A DNA stretch of 64,000 nucleotides from Perna viridis. Lineage: Eukaryota. Under the pieces are notes generated by a model. The model made no database searches, was not told where the DNA came from, and worked only from the letters and a program-made list of their open reading frames with translations. Positions 1-12,798 of this stretch are shown here, in pieces. Location: positions 30,879,801-30,943,800 of the forward strand of contig CM074515.1 of NCBI GenBank assembly GCA_037379345.1, read 5' to 3'. Position 1 is the stretch's first letter. Every line of letters starts with the position of its first letter. The position numbers were made by a program, and so were the translations under genes.

Positions 1-1075
1 CACAAAATAACTAAAATCAAACGTACAAAGTATACATACAAAGTAACAAAAGCAAATGAGCAACTCAGACTCCACTAAAAACTGGGAGCATGGACCAGGT
101 GCACCGGTAGGGTAAGCGTCCTCTGCTTTTCTAGAAACACCCGCCGAGTTGCTCAGAAAAAGTCAAGAACGGGGTAGGCAAACGAGGATGAATAAATTAG
201 TTTTCATGGTGCAGATGGATACACCATAACGATCCATCAGTTCATGATGACGACCATAAAACTTCTGTAGTGATGATTTTATTCTTGTAGCAACATAACC
301 CTCTTCCAGAAGCCTATGTGTTAGACTTCTAGCGCGATACAAAAAATCTGCGTAGTTTCGGCAAACTCTGGCATAAAGTATGAGTTGTGATATGAACACT
401 TCATACGCAGGTTCTGAAGCGATGTTGCCACAGATGAAAGGAAAGTTGACAATTCTAAATGAAACGTCATCACGTTTATCGCAAAGTTTGGTCAAAAGTT
501 TCCTTTACCGTCAATTTCTAAGTATAGGTCAAGATATGAGGCTGACGTCACTGTGTCTGTAGTATCCTTTATCTCAAGTTCTTTCGGGTAGATGCGTGGT
601 ATCAAATCCCTGAAATTAGGATTGTTTAAAGATAATACGTCATCTATACAGCGGAAACTGAGATTAAAGGATCTAGCCCAACGATATTCTTTCTTTCGGA
701 TCAGATCAGCTATAAAGTCAGCCTCATAAGAGTGAAGGAATAGGTCAGCAAGTAGAGGAGCACAATTTGTTATCATTGGAATGCCGACCGTTTATTGAAA
801 AACACGTCAACCACACTGGACAAACATGTTGTCGATTAAAAATTCCAGCATTTTGTAAACATCTTCCTCTTTATATTTGGAGGATGATTTGGAATCATTT
901 CTTACAAAGTATGAGGAATCTCTCCCAAGAACTATATATTTGTATCCAGGTGTACCATCTTTTTTTGGAAAAACAACGATGTATAATGTTTTTAAGTCGG
1001 GATTTTAACTGAGTATGGGCAACGGAAGTATACAGAGTTGAAAAGATCATAGGTTTTCACGCTATTATATCCAGA
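1..1075 (-). mobile_element. Penelope-like retroelement (Naiad/Chlamys-type layout), 5'-truncated, decayed RT plus 3' UTR
   Basis: The minus strand gives FSTLYT (motif A remnant), VGIPMITNCAPLLADLFLHSYE (motif B), FRCIDDVL (YxDD equivalent), ASYLDL and DKRDD..IVNFPF..SQL..YARVC..KFYGRHH. There are frameshifts and stops. The RT ends near 163 with no downstream GIY-YIG domain and is followed by a UTR repeated elsewhere in the window. Confidence 0.88.
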
Positions 1076-1989
1076 TAATATTGAAAGCATTGCTTTGTGT
1101 CTGTGAAAATGAGACTCGGATGTTGCGATTTAGTGTATCTGTCTTGTGTGATTTTCTATTGCAATTACGATTTCTTACACGTGTATTCGCTTTCTTATTT
1201 CTTAATTAAGTTTACGTGTGGTTTTTATTTTAGTATTTTTCGTAATTATAAGATTTGAATTTTTGGTATAAGAAACCACTGCGTCGATGTCAATCATGTT
1301 GAACCATAGATCTCGGGGAGTATTTACAAGCACAGTAGTCAGAGTTGTATTCATATGATCCGAATTGTATGTTATAATTTTTCATTGAAATTTGCCATAG
1401 CACATAAGCCCCTAAATCTCTGAGGCTTCTCTGAGGCTTTATCTCGTTTTTTTTTAAATGGAAGCTACATTACTGTAGCCCCTTTTACGTCTTTTATCAG
1501 AACAAAAAATAACAATAACGAATACACAGGTATGCACGTGTCTTGTTTTCATATCATTTCATCTATTTCTTGATTAGTTTTCAAATAGATAATGACCATC
1601 TTTGTGTCACATTATATCACAATATGTAAATTTCAAAAGGATCCTTTCGTTATATTCGAATGTTTTTACGGCTTGAGTCCGTCGGTCTTCCTTGTCGTTG
1701 AATATCCTCTTTCGCTTAGCAATCAGATTTGTTATTAAAGAGGCGACCCTTATAGCACATCCGCAGATTAAGGTCACCAGAAGTCACACGCATACGAATT
1801 TATTTAGGTAGATTTTTTTGTCTTGCAAGACAATAAATATATAGACACCTGTTTCATGTATTTAATGCATTTTATTTGTGGATATCAAATGAAATTATAC
1901 AGAAAAAGTACAACTTAGTAGATATTATTCAAAGTTAAGGCATATTTCAACAAAAACAAAAATTTACGAAAATGACAGCTAATGTAGCT

Positions 1990-2185
1990 TTCAACATTGG
2001 AACATTTGTATTCATCATTTTACATTAATCTCATGTTTGCATCTACGTAACATAGACTGTCTTATTCTGTCTCAAATCAAAGCTTGCTATGCTTAAGCTT
2101 GATATACTTTGGTGAAATTGAATATGATACAAACATATGACTGATTTCAAGAATTACGTCCCTTACCCTATGTCTATCTCCTTAA
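1990..2185. mobile_element. MITE family A (TTAA-flanked, Kolobok-like), partial copy
   Basis: Matches the 16021-16230 copy and ends gtcccttaccctatgtctatctcc-ttaa. Confidence 0.7.
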
Positions 2186-4708
2186 GCTTGAGAAAGGTAA
2201 ATCATATCAAGCATACTAATAATACAAATGCAGGTATGGTGTACACTTACTTCAAGCAGCACTAGAACCAAATACTTAGAATATTCATGATCTAAATTAC
2301 AAATATAATGAGAATGGTAATGATGAATATGTCAATTTTACAACCCCATTGGGATGACCAATGTCAGCTCAATGCCACCCATGGGCCTTCAATGAATAAC
2401 GATGAAACCCTCACACCACAGGACAGGCTGCAGCTGGCCCAAAAACAACATTATACACCGGTACAGTGAATAAGTTGCACCTATATACTCCAACAACATA
2501 AATGAATCTAATTGTGAAAACGAAACAATACAAACAGAGGCCTTTTTTCGATTTGGGACAAGCGAAAAAAATTGCGGCAGAGTTAAAGTACTTTGTGTGA
2601 ACACAACCCCCTCCCCCATTATTTCTGGCCATTGAGGAAAAAGAATTACACAGTTGAAATAACTTAAAAATTAGTTCAAAAGGTTAGGAATCCCTTATGA
2701 AAACAAAATAAGGAAACTGGTTATACGTTGCACAAATAAAAAAAAAACAAAGGACTACTGGACATTAACAGACATACCAGCTCCAGACCAGTTTAAACTT
2801 ACCAAAAGATATGTCATCATCGTATGTAATATTAATCAAATATATTCTGCTCTTTTTTAATCAACAAAAATATACAGTTTCACCTAGCTATCTTGACCAT
2901 TAATTGTTCTTATCCACGGGTATTTCGTAATTCTCGTTCTTTCATAAACTCGGTCTGCATGTAGATCGTCTATGTTTATGTGCTCATGTTGAGTTCATGT
3001 TTTGGAATTTCATCGTATTTGAATTATTCCGTTGTTTTCTAATGCCGATATTCAATACATTTATCGAATTCTCCATCTAAACTTTCTCACCTTAAAGGGG
3101 AAAAGATTAGCGACCTGTTAAGCTAACTTTTTTTCAAAAATGAAATCAAAATTATAGCATATTTATTTACCTGAAGAAATTCGTTTTCTATACATGTATA
3201 AAGTGTATCTACTTACCGAAAGTCACAACAGTGCGCCATAGAACAAGGTACAGAAAACAACGGGCCATTTCCCAAGTTAAATACTTCTTAAAACAAAAAG
3301 GAGTTGATGACTAAAGTATCATATAAAGAAAAATTTCCTCAATACATTGTAGATGCTTATTCTACATAAAAGCACTTAAGAATATTTTCATAATCTTCCT
3401 GGTTAAAAAGTGTTTTCGTGTAGTAATGTTCAGTATTAACGTAATCGTAAACTTATTACGTATATTATGATTGTTACTTTCTAAACATTTAAGTGTCAGT
3501 CTCTGACGAATGGGGCAGTGAATGAAAAATGATGTGAAAAAACATCGTTTTGAAACTTGAATTGGAATATTTGCACCATCGGCATAAAAAATGAATTTAA
3601 CTATCAATTTGGTAAATTGGATTATTATTACATTGAAGTACACTGAAAATGAACATTTCACGACCAGATAATTCCGTCAAAAGCCTATTTTTCTCACATT
3701 CTTTTTAAAGTCCAGTTAGAGCATGTCGAGATCACAGTGCTGGGGTAATATTTGAGTGCATTTTATTATTTTTCTAAATTTCCACACATTAAATAATGGG
3801 ACATGATTATTCCCTTTGAAGATCTTTTGCCACTAGTGCAAACCTTATACATTATTTCATATTAAAATACTTGTCGGTGCATAGAATATAATATATCGAA
3901 GTAACGTGCACTTTTTTATAAAATATATGCAATGGGTAAAACGTGAGAAAAATAAAAACTTTGTGCTTTGGATATTTAGCCCATTGATCCTAGGGAAATG
4001 GGTCCTTGATTCTGCGACTAAGTGTAACTCTCTTTTTTTTACTTCCTATTACAATTAGAAATATTTTTGCGCATATGTTGGTTGATTGATTGGTTGGTTC
4101 TCTTTATTTCCTCCATACAAGGAGGGTTCTACATATGAAATACTCAAACATATTTACATCTCACAAATACAGAGGGAAAAATAATAAGAATAAGTACTGG
4201 TTCATGTCAAAAATAAATCATGGCTGATTACGCATAAAGCAAGATTCAATATATTACGAATATATATATATATGTGACAGTACAAATCATATTTAAATTC
4301 ATGCAATTTGTGCATGTACTCTGCCATGTAAGAAATTGCTGATCCCATAAGTCTGACGACATTTTTCGAATAGTGTCGGTCATGCCACCAAGCATCGCTA
4401 TCTTGAATTCACTGTCCTCCTGGTTGAAGAAAGAGATCGACTTCTCTATCGGAAATACATCCACTATTTCATAGAACATATCGTTTCGTATTTGGAGAAG
4501 ATTCGTGCAGCTCAGAATATGATGCAGAAGATTGTCGTTTGAATAAAATTTACACAATGAACAGTTTCCGTCTGTATTAGGAATTGAACCTAGCTTTACG
4601 ATAAGAACAAATTGTCTTTTTTTCTGTTAGAGTGTCGTAAATTTTTTAGTATTGGAGTAAATCAGATCTCTGTTCCAATGCATTTTTCTAACGGGGTTCC
4701 TTCGTATC

Positions 4709-5167
4709 TGTCACGAAAAATATAAAATAAATGTCTTTTTCGTGTTTGTATACGTTTATTGTATTTATCATTTGTGTTTTTCATTCATATTTATTATTCA
4801 TTCATTCATCATACATCATTTGCATATTCATTGACGAATGACTGACGACGTATCGAGCACACCTTGCATGAACTAACTTAACCCTAACTTAACCTGTCTT
4901 CAAATACATTCCATTATAGGCGTTGACTTTAACAGTGGCTGACACCACCTCAATTGTATTTTTGCAGATTAGTTTCTGTCTAAATTGAATTTATTTCAAT
5001 ATTTCATAAATTCGGAATATCGGTTTTCATATCAATTATATATACTTTTAAATTATGCAATTTATTTATGAACGTTTTGGTTAATTGTATTTTTGCAGAA
5101 TAAAATATGGCATCCTGAATTCGAAATAGTATTTAGCCACAAGGTAATGACAAAAATATCGGCGACA
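4709..5167 (+). repeat. 5' LTR
   Basis: TGTCACG...GGCGACA; direct repeat of 11620-12072; contains TATATATA and AATAAA. Confidence 0.95.
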
Positions 5168-5171
5168 AATT

Positions 5172-5189
5172 TGGAGGCTCCAGCGAGAT
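5172..5189 (+). promoter_or_regulatory. Primer-binding site, complementary to tRNA-Thr(TGT)-type 3' end
   Basis: TGGAGGCTCCAGCGAGAT, 4 nt after the LTR. Its reverse complement resembles the ...ATCTCGCTGGGGCCTCCA end of metazoan tRNA-Thr(TGT) (recalled, not searched). Confidence 0.75.
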
Positions 5190-6200
5190 GCCAGCTGTAA
5201 ATTCTGCCTGATTTACTGGTTAATTGCGTCATTTCCTTGGTTTATTTTGTCGTTTAAGTTAGTTTGGCCCAACGATTGTATGTTTAATTTTCATCGTCGT
5301 TTGGCCAATCGACTAACAACGACATGTATTAAGTTTGGCCCAACGAATGAATATATTTACAATTTTCGTCGTAGTTTAGCATAACGACTTCTATACATTC
5401 AACGACAGTTTGTAGTCAACGACAAATTTATTTCAATAGATGGTGATGCGAATTACTGAAATATTAATTCAGCGATAATAAAATAGAAATCATCGTCATG
5501 AAATGGTGAAAAAATTGTCACGTACATGTATTTATCATATGAGTTTCGTAACATAAATGGTGTGTTCGATAGCGAGTGATTATACTTACGGAGGCTAGCC
5601 AATTTAATATATTATATATGAAATTTGAGTACTCAGCGCTGTAAACAGTGTGTAAATATTTTTTGTTTGTGTAAATGTCTTCGCCCGACAGTACACGACA
5701 AATCTCCGCCTTGTAGAATGCGCATCATCTGTCAACTTTAAAACTAGTGTCCCTCATCGTAGTATTTTTGAAAACCGTAAAGAATCAAACCTGCTAGAAC
5801 AATTTACAACGCTCTGGAAAAATAATGTACAATAAAAATTTAATCATTTTGAATAGTTAAGAAATCGTTTATTTTATATATTTTATATATTATATATTGT
5901 TGAAACTGATTTTGTTTATTCATAGTTGATTGACTTTCTGTTCATTATGATTACCTGTATATGTTTATAACATATTACCTGTATTTTTCAGATTTGGTGT
6001 ACATGTTAGGTGTAATGCATGATTGAAGCAGGAGTCTTTGCACTTCCCTTTTTACACTTTTGACTGATGACTGAAATTAAGATGAGTTGATTGTGACCTG
6101 TATCATCAATTATTAATCCAACAATCATTTAGTGTATTGTCTTGTGTAATTTGTAGAGTTTTGTTTGTATACAAATATTTTTTGACTAGTTTTCAAAATT

Positions 6201-6880
6201 ATGGCAGATAATAAGTCTAGATTAGAGGTTAAGAGTGAGATAGAATTGGACGAAAAAGATGTTCAGAAAATGATTCAGTATCTAACTGAACGCACTAAGT
6301 ATAAAGTGGTGATTGACGGTGAATTTAATTCGATGTTTCATAGACACAGTACCCCAAAATAGGTACTGGGGCATGAAAATGAAGAAAATGCTCCTCCTAG
6401 ATCGCCTCCGCCTAGTTGTAATTTTGAACTTTCAAAAATACCACCCGCTACGCCAGTTAGAAATTTGACGTCGCTTGCTATTAATAATAATTTGTCAAAC
6501 TGGAAGAGACCCAGACTCCCTACGTTTTCAAGTGATCAAAAAAACTTTTGACGTATGGAAATTTGAAGTCAAGCGAACTAGTCTAAGTCGAACGTTTCGT
6601 CGTCAGTTCAACAAAATTGTATTTCTCTCGAACATCAGAAGCTTAAGGAAGTATGGAAAAAGCTTGACTGCTTCAATAGGCGAATGAATTCGATGGAATC
6701 GGAATTAAAAGAACTTAAAAGTAAACAAACTGACCACCAACATTTACCCCTCCAAGTAATAACAGAGGTCAAGGTCAAAGAGGTTATTTTAATAGCTCAA
6801 GTTACAAGAGAGGCAGAGGTAATTTTGAGGACGAGGTCAGTTTAGAGGAACAGGACCAGTGAAGTTAAGGATGATAATTA
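6201..6880 (+). pseudogene. Gypsy gag remnant (PNMA-like), capsid core deleted
   Basis: MADNKSRLEVKSEIELDEKD... then RPRLPTFSSD..FDVWKFEVK, after which it jumps to the coiled-coil and RG-rich C-terminus; stops and frameshifts. Confidence 0.75.
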
Positions 6881-9800
6881 AAACGGGGAGTAGTCTCTAA
6901 TGAAGGGCAAATTAGGGACTTTGCTATTTCATTTGATGAAAACAATAGCCCTGATAAAACTGAAAATTTGTACAAAAGAATGTTTGTATTTAGGTTACGT
7001 TAAGGTTGAGTTGAAGGTTCCTTTTGTAAATGGGAAAAGTTTACAAGTGCCTTTGCATGTATTTCCTGTTAAGATGATAATAGTAAGGTTCCAGTTGTGA
7101 TCGGTACTAGTGTTTGAATTTATTCAAATATGATATGAGTGAGAATACATCTGGAAAAATTCCGAAAGCTTGGAATGTAGCTATGTCCTCTCTCACGAGT
7201 GAAAATACAAGTTTGGTTCATTACACAAATAAGAGAGTTGTAAAGTTGATGCCTATGTCTATTAAAACAGTGTCTGGAGTGGTTAGTGCTCAAGGTGACA
7301 CAGGTTCTACCGTAGTTACTGAGAATTTAGATTGTGAATTGTCAGATTGGGTATCAGTATGTCCTAGGGTTTTAGAATTGAAGAAATCTGGTAAATGTAG
7401 AATTCCTGTTCGGATTTTTAATATGACGGCAACATTTTTTGAAATCAAGCCAAAATATATCTAATGTGCACTTAGTGATGTCAAGGTTATACGCCATATC
7501 GATGATAGTATTCAATATGTAGATAGTTCTAAAACCAAGAGTGGTGTTTTAGAGAAAGATATAAAGAAACTTGGTTGTAAGGTTGATGAAAATTTATCTG
7601 ATGAGGTTAGACAAAGACTGTTCAGCTTGTTAGGCAAATGGAAGTCCGTGTTTTCAACAGGTCCTACAGATCTTTGGTATACAACATTAGTCGAGCATGA
7701 AATTAAGCTGACTGATGATACTCTGTTAAGATTGCCTTTTGGTTTGACTAACGCAGTAGCTTGTTTTCAAGATTGATGGAAAAATGTATAGGAGAGATGC
7801 ATTTGAGAGAGTGTCTGATATTTCTTGATGATATTATCATTTTTTCAAAGACAGTTGAGGCACATTTGGAAAGGTTAGATTCTGTTTTTCGTCGTTTGAA
7901 GGAACATGGTTTGAAGTTGAAGGGTTCTAAGTGCGAATTTTAACACAGAGGTCAAATATCTAGGTTTTGTGGTTTCAGAAGAAGGTATTAACTAGATGAC
8001 GAGAAGATTGAGGTAGTCAAAAATTGGCCAGATATTCAGAATGTAAAGGATTTGAGGAAAGTTTTGGGATTCACCTCGTATTATAGGAAATTTGTAAAAG
8101 ATAATGGGAAAATATTGAAACCTCTTAACGATATTCTTATTGGTCATTGTACCAATATAAAGGGTAGGAAGAAGTCTAAGACTAAACCTAAACATCGGCA
8201 ATGGGGTGATCTGGAGGCAAACGCTAAGAAAACTATTGTAGAAAAATTTACCAGTCCTCCCATATCAGGATATGCTGACTATAACCTCCCATTCATAGTG
8301 CATACAGATGCGAGTGGTGATGGCTTAGGTGCAGTTTTTTATCAGTGTCAAATGGAGTTGAAAGGGTAATATCATACGCAAGGAGAGGTTTGAGAGGTTC
8401 TGAAAAGTTATATCCTGCACATAAGAGGAAATTTCTTGCCCTCAAATGGGCCGTTACAGATAAGTTTCATGATTATCATTGTGGAAACCGTTTTGAGGTA
8501 AAAACGGATAATAACCCTTTGACTTATGTCATGAATAAAGCTAAGCTCGATGCTTCATTGGCAGACTATAATTTTTCTGCCACTTATAGAAGTGGTAAAT
8601 CAAAGGCGATGCCGATGTTTTGTCTAGAATTGATTCAGGGAAGAGTATTAAAAGTGAAGTTGTCAAAGCCGTTTGTACGTCTATAGTTTTTTTCTGAGAA
8701 TCCTGGTATTTTTAGCTCAAAGTGTAAATTCAGAGTCCGATGATGTAAATGGTCCTATAGATTTGTGTGATATAAATTGGGCCGATGAGCAATTAGCCAA
8801 CCCGAATATTTCAGAGGTCCTTAGGCTTTTGAAAACCGGCCATAAGCCAAGAAAGCGTGTTATTGCACAGAAACCGCGTGAAGTAAGAAAGTTGTTGAAT
8901 GAGTGGAACAACTTGTATTTTAAGGACGGTGTTTTATACAGAAGTGGTAGTTTACAGAGTGATAAGGTCCAACAACTAGTATTACCCGATGTTTACCGTA
9001 ATGTGGATTTCACGGGTCTTCATGACGATGTGGGTCATCAGGGGTGCGATCGCAAAATTATTTTTGGTCAAATCACGATTTTTCTGGCCTAGCATGGATA
9101 AGGATGTTGAAAATAAGATATCCAATTGTTCAAACTGTATTTTGCGGAAATCAAAGGCAAAGAATGCTGCTGAGATGGTTAGCATCAAGTCATGTGAACC
9201 GTTAGAACTGATCTGTATAGACTATTTGAGCCTGTAGAAATCCAAAGGAGGTTACAAAAACATTTTAGTTATAACAGATCACTTTACGCGATTTGCACAT
9301 GCTATACCCACGAGAAACCAGTCTGCGTATACAACAGCAAAGTGTCTTTGGGACCATTTTATTCAGCACTATTCATTCCCTGCGCGTATTCATAGTGACC
9401 AAAGTCGGAACTTCGAAACTAAAGTTATACGTGAGCTTTGCAAGATAGCTGGAATAAAAAAAAATCTCGAACGACACCGTATCACCCACAGGGAAATGGC
9501 CAGTGCGAGAGATTTAACAAGACTTTGTTAAATATGCTTGGTACATTGAATGATAACCAAAAGTCTGTTTGGAAAAGCTACGTCTCGCCGCTTGTCCATA
9601 CGTACAATGCGACACAACATGAGAGTACGGGTTATAGTCCTCATTTTTTAATGTTTGGATGGCACCCTAGATTAACAATAGATGCATTTTTTGGCACACA
9701 CTCTGGACTTTTATCTAGTAAGAATCCTGATAATTACGCTGCGAAACTCGAAAAACGTCTCAAGTTTGCCTACAAAACAGCCGCTAGCGAAGCAGAGAAA

Positions 9801-10614
9801 GCTAGTAAACGTCACAAAGCCAGATACGATTTACGTGTTAGAATTTCGGTGCTAAAATCAGGCGATCGAGTATTAGTCAAGAACGTTATTTTGCGGGGCA
9901 AATATAAGCTTACAAACAAATGGGAACGCTGTCCGTATATTGCACAGTCCCAACCAGACCATGGTATACCCGTATACGCGAATTCGGTCGTGGAACAAAA
10001 CGTACAGTTCACAGAAATTTATTTTTACCGATTGGCAATACAGATATCTCATCAGCTTCCGACAATCCAAGCGATATATTGTTAAATAATCGCCACTGAA
10101 AGAGTAGTAATAATACTACAAACTTAATCACTCCGAATAGCGAGGAAACTAGGTGGTCGGTAGAAGAAGTACAGACTGATGGTGATCTTTCTGATAGCTC
10201 AGATGATAGTGAGGTGTGTTTGAATCGGTTTGTTTCGATGGGCGAATTAGTGAAATAAACGAGTCGTCTTGTTCCTTTTGCTCCAGAGTTTATCCCAGCT
10301 TTGCGAACGAATACTAGTCATCAAATTCATCTCGTGTGTCAAATTTAAACTTTTAAACATCTGGAGATAAATGTATGCACACTACGAGTTCAGAAGCAGA
10401 AGCAAGCGTTGTAAATGAAAATGCATCGCAAAATTTAAGAGTTGCAAATGAACGGTCAGAATCGTTGGAAATTAGTAAAGAGAATGACAGACAGTTGAAT
10501 GAAAGTAGTAGACATAACAATAATATGGTAGCAGAACCAGAACAAATTGTAGTTCGTAGGAGCAATCGAATGTCAAGTCCGCCTGAACGTTTCAGAGATT
10601 ATACCAGATACTGA
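6880..10614 (+). pseudogene. Gypsy pol remnant (partial PR, partial RT, RNase H, integrase)
   Basis: YLGYV (PR C-half); LPFGLTNA and CLIFLDDIIIFS (RT, 7821-7832); FIVHTDASGDGLGAV, ALKWAVTDKFHDY and TDNNPLTY (RH); HDDVGHQG..FFWP..CSNC (HHCC); ICIDYL, ITDHFTR, HSDQ and TTPYHPQGNGQCERFNKTL (IN); many frameshifts. Confidence 0.95.
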
Positions 10615-10758
10615 AATTTCATTATTATGAGCGGAAATCGGTTCGTCGCGATGCACTTACCACATGCATTTGCTGATTTTCCCACATAATTATGATACAT
10701 TTTTTTTAATTTGATTTTCAATTTGTTTTTTATGGTTTTTATTCTGTTTTTTATAGAT

Positions 10759-11421
10759 ATGAGTTCCTATGTTTATGCTTCAAGTAGAGGGAAGGGTTTG
10801 AAGGATATTGAAAATGCCATCGTTAATACTAAACCTGGTTGAAAATACTTGGACTTGTTGAATAAACCGAAAAGTAATTTGCAATATTCGGATGGTAGAC
10901 AATTTGTGTATATCAAGTGTGGCATACCAGACATTTGCAAACTGGAAAGAGATAAAGCTTGAAATTATGAAGATTCGTTTTTTTATCTGGACAAAAGTGT
11001 TAATCAAGTATTTGATGACAGTGTTTGTAAAATTAGGCAGGTTTATGAATGTTAAAATCAGATTGGTTATAAAGTTGTCTTTTGTACAGTATGTACAATG
11101 AACTTTGATAAATGGAACCACAGTAGATTGAATCAGGGTAAAAGATCATTTTTTGAAGTATGAAGACAAGTATGTCGTTATGCAAGATCATTTGAATTAT
11201 CTTTTAAGTAGATTGAATCAGTTCATTACTGAACTGGATGTTTCAAAGACCTATGTACACCATTCACTCATTCATATGTTCACCAGAGATGTGCGGGTAG
11301 TAAAATCCGTTACAAATATTCGAAACTTGTTGATGGTGTCCATCCTTCTCTTGAATTTAACAATCAATGGTTGACACATTTGCAAAAAGTTATCTATGAT
11401 AACGAACAGAAATTTTTGTAA
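10759..11421 (+). pseudogene. Gypsy ORF3 in env position, SGNH/GDSL hydrolase-like (3 stops, 2 frameshifts)
   Basis: Hand translation: MSSYVYASSRGKGL..TKPG*K..FVYIKCGIPDIC..KVVFCTV..KWN../..LNQFITEL../..TPFTHSYVH..YSKLVDGVHPS..QWLTHLQKVIYDNEQKFL*. SGNH blocks I, II, III and V appear in order. Confidence 0.72.
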
Positions 11422-11606
11422 TTATGCTTTTTGTAGATTATGAATGTGTAAATTTTGACTTTTTATTTTTTTTTTATTTGAATAATTTTCCTTGCATTTC
11501 AATTTCCCAGCGCGGCATTGCCACATATGAAGTTGGTATACTTTATATAATTTTGAAGTAAATTTTAATCTTGTGATATAGAAAATTCGATGACGATTTT
11601 TTGTCC

Positions 11607-11616
11607 GAGGGGAGGA
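11607..11616 (+). promoter_or_regulatory. Polypurine tract
   Basis: GAGGGGAGGA, 3 nt before the 3' LTR. Confidence 0.85.
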
Positions 11617-11619
11617 CTA

Positions 11620-12072
11620 TGTGATGGAAATATAAAATAAATGTCTGGTTTGTGTTTGTATACGTTTATCGTATCCATTATTTTTCATTCATATTTATCA
11701 TTCATTCATTCATCATACCTCATTTGCATATTCATTGACGAATGACTGACGACGTATCGAGCACACCTTGCATGAACTAACTTAACCCTAACTTAACCTG
11801 TCTTCAAATTCATTCCATTATAAGGCGTTGACTTGAGTAGTGGCTGACATCATCTCAATTGTATTTTTGCAGGTTAGTTTCTGTCTAAATTGAATTTATT
11901 TCAATATTTCATAGTTTCGGAATATCGGTTTTCATACTAATTATATATACTTTTAAATTATGCAGTTTATGTATGAACGTTTTGGTTAATTGTATTTTTG
12001 CGGAATAAAATATGGCATCCTGAATTCGAAATATTATTTAGCCACAAGGTAATGACAAAAATACCGGTGACA
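11620..12072 (+). repeat. 3' LTR
   Basis: TGTGATG...GGTGACA; roughly 90-93% identical to the 5' LTR by eye. Confidence 0.95.
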
Positions 12073-12549
12073 AGTGTTTCTATTGACTGGTTGAAAATAG
12101 TTGTTTGTTAAGTATCCTTTAAGAAAAAAGGTGAATTGATATTTTACCAATAGTTCAAATAATTCATACGCGACCGAATTTTTAATGCATTCATTAGTCA
12201 ACAATATTATTTTTTAAAGTTTACGTGTATAATTTAGGCTTCGCTCTGCATAATCGACCAAATAACAAAAGTTTCATTTTGTCTATGAATCAATTAACAT
12301 TCCCCTAACCTAGGTTATTTATGTAGGTACAAGATGGGATCCGCTTATAGAATCTCAATACGAACCATGCGAAGTGACCTTGAGTGATTTCCGGTAATTC
12401 AATTTGTCGGTTTGATATAGGCCCACGTTTCACACACAAAAAGTGTTTCCATATAATACAGTTTGTTATTGTGTTCATACCTCGCGAGTTAAGACCTACT
12501 GAATTCAAAGAATGAAGTTTTTTTTTGTTTTAAATTTTTTCGGCGAATT

Positions 12550-12798
12550 NNNNNNNNNNNNNNNNNNNNNNNNNNNNNNNNNNNNNNNNNNNNNNNNNNN
12601 NNNNNNNNNNNNNNNNNNNNNNNNNNNNNNNNNNNNNNNNNNNNNNNNNNNNNNNNNNNNNNNNNNNNNNNNNNNNNNNNNNNNNNNNNNNNNNNNNNNN
12701 NNNNNNNNNNNNNNNNNNNNNNNNNNNNNNNNNNNNNNNNNNNNNNNNNNNNNNNNNNNNNNNNNNNNNNNNNNNNNNNNNNNNNNNNNNNNNNNNNN
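12550..12798. other. Assembly gap (249 N)
   Basis: Run of N. Confidence 1.

Larger units (their letters stand above)
4709..12072 (+). mobile_element. Ty3/Gypsy LTR retrotransposon, two LTRs, decayed and internally deleted
   Basis: Paired ~455-bp LTRs with TG..CA ends, a PBS, a PPT, gag-PR-RT-RH-IN order and a third ORF. Confidence 0.96.

Noticed and set aside
10759-11421. Retroviral-type env gene
   Set aside because: No signal peptide, furin site or transmembrane helix, and too short; the motifs fit an SGNH hydrolase instead.
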